Shown here one piece after another: positions 25,944 through 41,671 of a stretch of DNA of 41,671 nt (positions are counted from its first letter, which is position 1; the number at the start of each line of letters is the position of its first letter). Source of the stretch: Bigelowiella natans CCMP2755 (Eukaryota > Protista > Cercozoa); assembly GCA_000320545.1 (NCBI GenBank), contig ADNK01000889.1, positions 1-41,671 on the forward strand, read 5' to 3'. A program made the translations under genes and the position numbers. The notes below the pieces were generated by a model. The model searched no databases. It was not told the origin of the DNA and worked only from the letters and a program-made list of their open reading frames with translations.

Positions 25944-25977
<34 letters not shown>

Positions 25978-26329
25978 TGACAGCCATCACAACGTTGACA
26001 GTAGCCTCAGCAGCAGCAGCAGCAGCAGCATTGGCACTGAGTTTAAGCGGAAGCCGTTGGCGTACTGGACGATTGGCGATGTAAAGACATTCATTGCCCA
26101 GTGTGGAAAGGCTCCGGCCTGGACTAAGTATTCCAGGATTTTCGAGGCCGAGCAGGTTGATGGAGCGACGCTGGCAATGTATACTAGCTGGCAGCCGCTA
26201 GTTGATGAGCTCAGCATAAGGAAGAATCATGCCAGAGTCATCGCCAACCTCGTACAGTCGTACAACAATTCGAACGCGATTGGCTTCAAGAAGGAGTTCC
26301 ATGAGGAGAAGCGTATTATCGGCGCATAG
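24413..26329 (+). CDS. Six-CCCH zinc-finger protein (three tandem double-finger modules) with low-complexity linker and C-terminal SAM-like domain; intronless CDS
   Basis: Three repeats of C-x5/7-C-x4/5-C-x3-H...(PG/PS)K(K/A)G(I/L)C-x7-C-x4/6-C-x3-H plus a helical tail. The C-terminal WTIGDVKTFI...YSRIFEAEQVDGATL fits the SAM consensus W...DV..WL...Y...F....IDG..LL. First ATG at 24413; a likely 5'UTR intron lies at 24239-24363. Confidence 0.88.
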
Positions 26330-27330
26330 CGGGGCGGCGGTGGATAATAAATAAATACTGTTGGTCAAGGTGTGATTTTAAGATGTGCAGAACTCCGACT
26401 ACGCATGATGAGCTACAATCTCATCGTTAGCTGTAATATGAAAATATATTTAATGGTTTTATCCTGTTTGATCGATCGAACATTTCTCCGCTTTCCTCGA
26501 CAACCCATTCCTTCGTGGGAACCAAAAGCTCTCCCATCCAGCTGGCAAGCTAGTAGTATAGCAGCTGGAGCAATAATCGTTAAAATTGCCGTCTTTGCCT
26601 GGGAGTTTTTGGCACATGGGGCCATTATATCATAACTAGAAATGAAACCTAATTGTTCTGTTTGGAAGAGATAGAAAAGTAGAAGAGTAACAAACGACTG
26701 TGTTGCAATTCTGATCCTTATAGTTCCTCCTTCGGTATGCAGGAATAAGGCAATTGCTGTTATTATTCGTCTATGTTTCAATTTCCAATTAATAGTTTAG
26801 AATAGACACACCGCACACACACACACATATAAATATGTAATTATTTTTGTACACATGATGCAAAATGTAGTATTGCCTGGACATCTCCAGAGTTAGATAA
26901 TAGACTTGTATTACGTAGAACGTATAAGATCTAAATTGGATAAAGTATCACCCGATTTAAAAATTAAAGAATTTGATGTGCTTATCTTGTAACCATTAAG
27001 ATATTCATTGTACTAGTATCCCAATTCATCATGCAACAACTACTTGCTCAAGAAATCCTGGTTTTTGTCAATCTTGATACGATAAAGTTCTAAATGCTGA
27101 ATCAGTTGGTAACATCACAGCTACCTCTGTACCGGGTTGCAATAGATTGAGGCCTTGCAATGTTGAAAATACGCGTTGCCATGTGTTGGTGTAATATCGC
27201 ATTTTGGCAATAAATGATTGGGAAATTATGTTTTGATTTATAAAAAAAATGAATCAGAGATTGGTTCGCTTTATTAACTACACTAACTACATCGCAAGGC
27301 ATTATTTGTTTGCTTCCATCGACGCACAAC

Positions 27331-28210
27331 ATCTAGCTAGCTAGACTACTCTAGTACTAAACTGTCATCGCACAACGCAGATTTAGAGGTGCTCAACGCA
27401 GCAACATCTTGACGCCTAGACATGCACACACAACTAGACAAACCGACTAGCTAGCTAGCCGAGCTAGAAATCATTGACACACATCCATGTGTCTAGCTAG
27501 CTAGCTAGGTAGGCACATTTCTGGATGCTCATCTGGCATCAATCTCTAGATCTGGCTAGCTAGCTAGATGCAATGAGTGTGGTGACGGAAGCACTGAAGC
27601 ACCTTAAGCATGGCTAGCATGCGCGCTTTCTAGCTCTAACACTAGCAAGCTAGAGCTAGCTAGCTAGCTAGCTTTGTGTCTGATCTAGCCAGCTTGTGAG
27701 CTAGTGATCTCCAGATCTAGCGATGCTTGTTGCATGCCTAGACATCTCTAGCTAGCTAGATCTAGACACATTGCACCTACTCTGGTACTAGCTAGCTAGC
27801 CTAGCTAGTAGCTAACACACTTCTAGGCTTGCCAGCTTGTCAGCACCGGAGCACTGTGGAGCAAGCTAGAATGTCTAGCTAGCTAGCTAGCTCGCGAGAG
27901 CTAGCTTCATGTTTTGGATTTTGGACAATGCTAGAATGATCAAACTAGCAAACTTAGCAATGCACAGCTAGCCCAAACTAGCTAGCTAGCAAAACAATCT
28001 AGCAATGTGGACATGTGACGTCACGGGATTGCGAATGCTAGCATGACTAGCTCTAGAGCTAGCTAGATGAACGTGCGCACACAGCTTGCTAGCAGCTAGC
28101 TTGCTAGACAGCTAGACAGCACAACATCAATTGTCATTTTCGGTGTGCACGTAGGCCGGCTTGCGGTCATGACAAGATGACTAGATGGCTCACTGCAGGG
28201 ACTAGCTCAT
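27331..28210. repeat. CTAG-saturated intergenic tract
   Basis: About 64 CTAG tetramers by manual count in roughly 880 bp, many as tandem (CTAG)2-4 runs embedded in otherwise non-repetitive sequence. Confidence 0.9.
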
Positions 28211-28486
28211 GTTTTTCAAAGAGTGTGCTTTGACATGCTTTTCTTCCCTAAAAACTTTCTTAATTTACATTGGTGGTAATGTTTGCATTTTGATTATGCT
28301 TGAGCAAAATTTAAGCTTGAGCAAAATTTAACTAGTTACATTGTCGGATGAACAATGTAAAATAATGTTGTATTCAGAGTCGCTGGGTATGATGAAAATG
28401 TGGTTTTCACCTACAAAGAAATGCATCGATGCATCTTCATGCGATAATTGATGCAAAGTATGGCACCGAGGTTCATGTTAATCTCG

Positions 28487-31400
28487 TTATGCCGGTATTC
28501 CGTTTCGTTTGTATTCCGCCATCATGGTCTGGATTGAGTGATTCGAAAAGGATGAATTTCTCGGAGGCTTTGCAGGTATCCCTTTCCAATGTTCACCGAG
28601 ACTGACGTTCCTTCTGAACAACTTGCTCAAGGAACCCAATGACCCATTATCACCTATCTTTTCACCGGCATGTAGATATGAACCCCTTCCAATCGAACTC
28701 CCCTTTCCAACGACAGCCAATCCCCAGATCACTTCAAACCCACTGTAGACGTGTCCATTGATTAAAGCTCCATCCTCAACAACCGCTCCGGCCCCTATTT
28801 CTACATTCTCATGATCTAAGATTCTCAAAGAAATTATGCAGGCGTTGTTACCTACTTTTGCACCAAAAAGTCTCAATACTACATTATACAACCCAGAACC
28901 AGCAAAAACACTGAAGACAATTGATGAATAAAGAGTCAATTGATGATTCATTCTCTGCACCCAACCATAAGTTCGAACCGGTTGCTCTATAAATTCTTCA
29001 TATTTTAAAGTATCGTAGCTGATGAAGAAATCAAAAGCAACCATCCATATCTTGATAACTACTACTAGTAGGAAAGTCCATAGCAACAGCAAGGCTGCAA
29101 AGCAGACGATGAACTTGAGAGTGCTATCATTAAGAAACTTGAACAGGTCAACCTACAAATTATGAGAATCTTAAATGATTGAGGTCATCAGAGAAACAAG
29201 GCTTGTACACAGCAGAATATGGATTACATCATGTTCAAGTACTAAATCTTGCGGGTAGGTAATAAGACACACAAAAATATGTCACAACCCCTGCTTCATA
29301 GGCTACTAAAAGTGCCAGACAATAGCCAAGTAATCTTGTGAAAGTCATGAACACATCGACTCCAACGGTACGGCAATATTGACAGCGAAGATTCCTCATG
29401 TCCTTCTCACCACTTTGGACCGCGTGCATGAATTTCTGTGTACCTCTGGGGATCGTCATTGTTAGACCGGCCATTCGCGATCTTCCTCGACAAAGAGTCT
29501 GAGGTTTATTTGGATCACCCACGATGTTTGTCAACCAGGCTACATTTGCTGTGTCTTCCAAAGTCACTGTGCCTTCAATTCGACTATGGAAACCAACGAA
29601 GCAATAGCTTCCAATTTTCACTTTCGTTTTTATGGCCTGTCCATTTTCCAAGGTAATGTCCAGGATCACGGTTGAAGTCGAGAACACAGTGTGATCTCCT
29701 ATTTCGAGCAAATGAGCGTCCTCTGGATGGACAAGGGTAAAGTCTGGGAGGACATTATATCGACCGATCTTTGCTCCCAAAAGGCGAAACCAGATCGAAT
29801 ATATTGTGTATCCCGACCACATACCAGCCCTAGAAAACCAAAAAATAAGGGCCCCTTGAAGTAATCCTAACCACCATCGCCTCCATTTTGTAAATGTGGT
29901 TCGAGTATAAGGGCCAGGTTGAACGTAAAAACCAGCGAGCAACCACTTCATTGAAACTATGAATATCGCAAGGGTAAATCCGGTACCAATGTACAGTGTT
30001 ACAGAGAATAATAAGGTGTTATATCTCAATGAGATTCCTTTGTGGTCTCCTGAAATATCAAGATGAACTGCGTGTGGATTCATGAGGCTACCATCCAGAT
30101 TCTCATCAGGACATCGGGGATCAGGACCAGAGCACAGTCGGTGGTAATCCAGGAAGTAGAATAGCAGGATAGATGGAGTACTTAAGAGAGATATCAATAT
30201 GGGTGTGATGGCTAGAGTCATTAGTTTCAAAATTTCCAGAACAATAGAGAACCGTTGACAATGCGAAGCTGTCAGACGGTCGTGCAATCTAGAACGGACT
30301 AGTTGCAGTGGGCTTCCTGAGTAACTTCCAGCCTGAAGGGTGGACCTACAGCTAACAACAGATATCGGCTCCACAGTACAACCTGAGCATATGTTGGCCC
30401 CGGCCTCGATCACAACTTCAGTGTTGATGTCTACAAATTCTCCAATTTGTATTGCATGAAATGAGATTCCTCTCGAAGTCAATATCCTGGCTTTTAAATC
30501 GCTGGACACAGATGAATTTCTCCCCACACTCACAAGATCATGTTCACGAATAAATGCCTGTGTCCCATGCAAGTCGTTAGTAGTGGGGTAGTAATAATAA
30601 AACAATAGTATACCTGAAGTCTTGCTGTCATTTCTATTTTCGCACCCAAGAAATTATATGTTATGTTTAATAGAACGGTATCCCGTAAGAATCTTCCTAT
30701 AGTTTGCTCCCAAAGATCAAATGCTCTATCGATGTACCACCACCGCATCCACATTGAGCCTGTATCATTGAAGAAGTTCTCAAATAGAGTGACAGGTACA
30801 AATATTAGCTAACAGCATACCGTAGAGCACATAGTTGCCTGGTATGTACTTCCCGATAATGATCCATTTTAGGAAGATTACAACCGTGGTGAAAGTTAGA
30901 GCCCAAATAGGGACGATCAGAACAAGGGCTAATCCGTTGAGTTGTCCGAGCGTATAAGGCGGAATGTCAATAAAGCTCCACGGCTCTTCCAAATTTTCCT
31001 GTGAGATATTATTAAGAACAATACTGCTCACACAAAATTGAATGTTTAAAAGTACCGCCCACTTGTAGAAATAATATGAAGGTAAAGCTGAGGCACAAAT
31101 AAGAAATATCAACGATGCAGATAGAATTGGCTGTAAAAGATGGCGAAGGTCAGAGGAAACTGGATCGCCCATGAACGTTTGTTTCCGTGTGCAGGGCTGG
31201 AAATATATATATATATGAGGTGATTTTTACCGCCTGAACGTTAATAGCGAGTACATACACCTTATTGTTTATGCTTGTGGTTTCAGCTTTGATATTATTC
31301 ATGTTAACGGCTTTGATATCCACAAATGCTTCTTTTGAGGAAGTAGTCGAGATTCGAGCATTATCAGCTTTGTGGAGAGCAGAGAAAGCTTGGGCTCGGG

Positions 31401-34400
31401 ATATTTCGTGCAATCCGTTTATTGGTTGAGTATCGCTAAGATTAAATTGCAATATCACAGGTAAATATTGCAATTCACACAGAAATTGTTCGAAGTCAGT
31501 TCTGAAATGCTGGTCAAATTGCTACATCTACAGCCTCAGAAGTACTATGTGTAATATCTGGCGAGACTTACATACATTCTAGCACAATTGACTAAAGTAA
31601 GAGTACCAATTTTTTGATGAGTCGTATAGCCCCCATTTTATTCGGGTAGATCTTTCTTCGTCATAACGTGAGAAATTATGTCGTCTTTCATCAAGAAGTC
31701 TATAGTAAGATATTAGCATATAATGGCTTCCCATAATTACACACTTCCAACAAATGGACTACCCTGTCTTAATTTCACCCGATGGAGATGAGCTCTCTCT
31801 GACGGAAGGACTGTAATCACTAGGTTCGTGTGGCATTTTGTCTCCCCTTTCAAAATTTATGCTAATTGCTGGTGCATACATAGACTGCGAACCAGACAAA
31901 TCATCCATTCTTTTTGTTATAAGTTTCACAAGATCCTTCAGAGTCAAATTTAGCAGCATTGTATGATCTTCGAAATTTATTTTAAATTTTTCTCCAATAG
32001 CCTCCGATAACTCCAAAAGTTGTATTGAGTCCACAAGTGTATGTATCTTTCAAAAAAGTACAAAGATATCTTTGATAAGTTTATTGCATACAAACCTTTG
32101 GGTATAAGAGTTAGCGAATAGCACAAAGAACCTGCATGTTTGAGATGTCATCCCAATCTGATGCAGGATCCAAGGAAAGTCTTAAAGCTTCTCTTAATTC
32201 AGACGACGAGTTCACGCATGAGAAGTCGAACATATCTGCTTGGATAGCTTGCATGGAGGGGTGATTTCCTACTCGCAAAGATTGTGCTTCATAAATGACA
32301 TGCTTATTGAAAAATATTCCTTACCTATATTCATCATTTCCATCGAATGATTGACTTGTATAGTACGAGACTTTTGCAAGCGTTTGAGGTCGTTAATCAT
32401 TTTCACCTTCTAATTTGTGGCGTGATCCTTTTTAAACTTTATTCAAATTTCATTTGTGAATCAGCAAAGTACGTATTCTGCGATGGGAGGCTTTGCTTTC
32501 CATTTCATTTTCCAATATCTTTAAATGTCAGACCAAGATCATCGCAACGAAGAAGAATACATTGATCAAATAATATAGCGTACATATGTTCCAATTTTTG
32601 TTGTAAATACAGCTTTTTGCATTCAGACCTAATTGTTCATCGAATTCAATTTACATTATTGAGAACACGGGTTATATTGAACCTTCGCAATTTTCCGCTC
32701 GAAGTTTTTGGGATTGTTCTTGACTTTATCAGAACGATGTCTGAAACTTTTACAGACTCACTTGCACTGACTGCGGATCTGACGAAACAACTCAAATCAA
32801 GTTCTCCGAATCCGGATGTGTAGCATTCTGGTGAAAACTCTACATTAATGCCCTAGCAATTGCAGGGTAAGTGATATTGAGAGCCTTAATTTCACGTTCA
32901 CTACGAACCTAAATAAATGAATGACAAACAGTATCGTGTTCTCGTTCGGCGAATACTTCAAATAAGAATTCCTACTTCACAGACAAGCACCACTTGCTCA
33001 GTGCCTTGGAGGCCTGTTGCATGTGTTTAAATTAGTGCATTAGCCATGATTTGCAAAATCGAAGGCAACTTGGGACGGAAAATGCGGCCGAACAGCCCGG
33101 TCTGATTCCAAGTACCTTCGAATGTTCGGATAAATAACATGTTTAAGCAGGATAAATGTTATGCACATTATCTGCAGGCGATTCTAAATCCTTCGGAGCG
33201 TAGTTCCTTCCCATTATAACAAGAATATCTTTCCTCCGTGAAACAAAGAATAATTTTCTTAATCCTGTAAAAATGTAACTTGATATGAGATTTCTGGGCT
33301 GTCCGCTTGTCAAATAGTTTTACCTTCATCTTTTTCCATATAGCCAATGTCACCTGTTCGGAGCCAAATTCCATCATACCCCTCGAGACGGGCGTTGAAT
33401 GTTAACTCCGTTTTTTCAGGATTGCACCAATAACCCTAAGTAAAATGGTAAATAAATTAGAGTGAATTCATACTTCGTTCTGATCTGTCAACCATTGCTC
33501 TTGATTTTGACTGCAGCCATATTTCTCCGTGCTCTCCATTTTCACACTCTCTCAAGGAATTCGGATCAACTATACGGCATTTCACACCTAATTCAATGAA
33601 TTAACAAGTTTTCATAGTTCATCAAACGTTTGATATTTCATAATGTGGAATACCAAGAGTAGATGTAACAAGATCATCGAAAACTCCACAGCAAACCCTT
33701 CGAGAATCTCTCTGTTCATATAAAATAAATTAGGAAAAATTCCAACTTGAAGAGATGAAATTTACCTTCGAGTATGATCTTCCCGTGATGTTCGGGTCTC
33801 CATTTACACCAACAACATGTTCCGCCAAGCCGTAGCAGGAAGTAATCTAATGATCATGAAAGTGACATATATCTACTGGGTAATGTTTGCTTCATCACTT
33901 ACGGAATACTGTTCTAGCTCATACTGTGCCATAACTTTCTCGAACTCTTCCATCGTCTCTCTTTTTCACCAAAAGAAAAAGGTAAGAAAGGTTTAGAAAT
34001 GAAACAATATTACCTTAAGTTTGATTCTCCACCGGAGCCTATGTAGCGGACATGTTTCAATGAAAACCCATCTGGAACACGAAACCTTTTCCATTTTCTC
34101 ATGACTAGCTCAAATGAAAAGTTGGGTGCCTAATATATTTGTATTCATTCTTACATATCCTGGTTTATCTTAAGGGGGATATTATAAATCGATAGGTTCA
34201 AACATTCTTGGACACTTACGAAGGAAACATTGCAGTTGTATTTCCACATCGAATGCCTATTTCAAAAATCTTCTTAGTGGGCAATATGTTCAGAGCATTC
34301 TAGGATCAAATATTCTAACATCCACAATGGAGGTGATTTTAGGAACGTCACTGGGCTCATAAAATGGCCTTTCAAATGAAGATTATGGTCAGTGATATTA

Positions 34401-34922
34401 GTGAAAATGAAGCATGTTTGCAGTAATTGCTCATTTTATCAAGTAACCTCTTCCTCCACTGAAGAAAACTAACAGATAATTTGCTATTAGACCCAGATCA
34501 TGATATTGTGGAAGCCAGCAACATGTATTGTGAGGCGGACTGATAAATTAAATCGTTGTAATCGAAATATAGAAACACCAGAATAATATTTTACTGTATC
34601 TGACGCTTGCCATGATGCCTTTTTCGATCTCCACTTTTCTTAAGCAGGTGAAGGTTATGTAGCAGGTTAGAATACGAAATCATCACGCCCTAGTAACGTT
34701 GTGAAAAACAATTAGCAACAGCCAGAGCCTGTGGTGAAGATGAAAAACCTTTGGGTCCCCGGTGGATCCACTTGTGTATTGAAGAAATGCAAGTTGAGGT
34801 AATTGGACACTAGGTTGAACGAATTCATCCTTCATTTCATTAATGGTTTCACATACTTTTTCTCCTGATAGGCGCGTACACCCACACGGACACACACACA
34901 GACACGCACGCACGCACACACA

Positions 34923-34973
<51 letters not shown>

Positions 34974-35865
34974 GTGTACAATTTTGATTTAACACACTAT
35001 TTGAAAGGATGGAATAATGCATTCACGATAACCTCTAATTTTATCGGTATTAATGAAATTAATTGAAGGCCATTTGCTCTTTCGAAGCTTCAATTTTAAT
35101 TTCCATATGTTCTTTGTAAATTCCCTGTCATTACATTATCAGTATATCAGATTGCTTAATTATTAAAATAGCAATGTGTATTCACATACTTGTGAGATAA
35201 TGCGAGCTTTGCGTTACTATTCTCAATGACATAGGTCATTTTTTGAATGCTGACAGAAACACATTACTCTGTTATCAATAGTGCCTGTAGCATCATAGCA
35301 TCATAGAGATGCTGGGACCTATATTCGAGTCTAGAAGGATTCGGAGGATAGATTGGAACCGCGACTAGTCCGGCAATCATGCAACCGATAAATGCCTTTT
35401 TGAAAATGTATTGATATCAAAGGAATAAAACTAGGTTAATAATTTCATGCTAGCAGATTACGTAATAGAGATTCTCATCGTTTTCAACGGATTCTTATCT
35501 ATTAATGTGGATCGGGCTACAATAAATGCATCAATATCTTGAAATTACATGACCTGGATGAAATCGAGACTAAATGCGTAGCACATTACAACACGATCCC
35601 CCCTTTTTATGCCTTTTATTGACATTAGGTTTTGAGCTATCCTCTCGGCATGTCCCCAAGCTTCGCTATACGTAATCTCCTGTTTCACAGAGCCATTTCC
35701 TTCGATCCATGCGTACAAAAGCTTATCAGGCTGCTTTTCAACATGGTTCTTGAAGGTGTTTAGTAATTTTTCTCTGTCCCCTGTAATGTTGCCCAAATGA
35801 CTCAGTTTCATTTCACTTTCCGCCGTAGGCATCATCTCCTCACGAGGTCCGTGCGCGCCCGCCAT
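28487..35865 (-). CDS. NRPS-like membrane synthetase: fatty acyl-AMP ligase (FAAL)-type adenylation domain, carrier (ACP/PCP) domain, and Pls/PosA-type C-terminus of three transmembrane/left-handed beta-helix repeats; many short introns
   Basis: FAAL-type motifs AGLVAVPIYPP, LAFLQYTSGSTGDPK|GVMIS, WLPQYHDLGLI, FLKSPPLWM, PNFSFEL, CYGLAEH, IRPGCSAAFS and IPKTSSGKLRR. Carrier motif LVDSIQLLELSEAI. C-terminus has LKWIIIGKYIPGNY..YG..W.RWW, three LGAK(I/V) units with hexapeptide repeats, and a terminal WKGIPAK. Exons checked at the 5' end splice in frame; first ATG at 35865. Confidence 0.88.
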
Positions 35866-36589
35866 AACAAGCGAGGCAAAAACTGATTCGATCAATGATC
35901 TCTCTGTTTCTGGCCTGATCGAATGTCGCAGCAGGGAAACACGATCAATTTGATCAATTCGGCTTCTTCCATACTGAACACTTTGCTTTGTTCACTCACA
36001 CTCATGTGCAATTTGTTGCCCGTACATTCACAGAGTCTTGCAAAAACAGCCCGCGTTTCGCGCGTATGAGGGCCGGCCGCAGCCCGGAAATCTAGAAATC
36101 AGAGAACAACTTGAAATCTATGGAGCTGCGAAATGTCCATCCGCATGGCTGTAGAACTATGTCGCGAAGGAGCTGCGCGCTTCCAATTTCGAACAATGCC
36201 GAGTTGCACGCCTTGTCACGTCCAAAGACGGGTGAGCATCACAGAATGAACTTTGTTTTGTTGGCGACAACAACAAATGGCGATCCGAAAATTTTCGCGG
36301 CGGGATCACAGACCTATTCGATTATCAACCAGGGTCTCGCTATCCAGGGTTCTCGCCCTTACGACCTAAATGATTTCATGTCGTATCAGGGTAACATCCA
36401 TGGATATAGCCCCGCGCTTATTTGCATTCTTGTTGCAGGCTGAAACAATCGCCTGTTTCTCTTTTTCAGTATTTTTCGGCAAGAAAAATGGCCGTGGAAA
36501 CGCCTACTGCGACACAACCGCTTTGCCTCCCTCTAATCAGGCAACCTTCTGTGCCCTCCTTCCACACCAGACCTTCCCAATCCGCCGTC

Positions 36590-41671
<5,082 letters not shown>

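Noticed and set aside
26413-26781. Minus-strand 122-aa ORF and an LPAGWESFW (WW-like) string in another frame
   Set aside because: No complete domain and no supporting exon structure; more likely the 3'UTR of the CCCH-SAM gene.
27331-28210. CRISPR array or classical satellite
   Set aside because: No constant 25-45 bp repeat with regular spacers and no higher-order unit; eukaryotic context with no cas genes.
28298-28331. 17-bp tandem duplication GCTTGAGCAAAATTTAA x2
   Set aside because: An isolated local duplication with no associated element or terminal repeats.

Overview
Gene-dense, intron-rich eukaryotic nuclear DNA. It most likely comes from an alga with a secondary plastid such as a chlorarachniophyte; this is inferred from signal-peptide plus transit-peptide leaders on ClpB and pyruvate kinase and from many short, microsatellite-laden introns. 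Hand-spliced gene models alternate strand throughout: mitochondrial carrier 3' end (+), plastid ClpB (-, with a hidden signal-peptide exon), oxysterol-binding protein (+), small MICOS Mic12/Mic13-like gene (-), divergent eL31 with long acidic extensions (+), unexplained ORFs (-), proteobacterial-type pyruvate kinase (+), ankyrin pseudogene (-), 6xCCCH-SAM protein (+), FAAL-carrier protein-Pls-like membrane synthetase (-) and a chromodomain/NZF protein (+, truncated). The most striking non-gene signal is in the ankyrin pseudogene and in intergenic DNA, especially between convergent genes. There TpA dinucleotides are almost erased (apparently to TpG/CpA) except inside CTAG, and CTAG is strongly amplified into tandem runs. 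This looks like a sequence-specific mutagenic or modification process acting on silent DNA, running opposite in direction to fungal RIP. All counts and splice models are manual.
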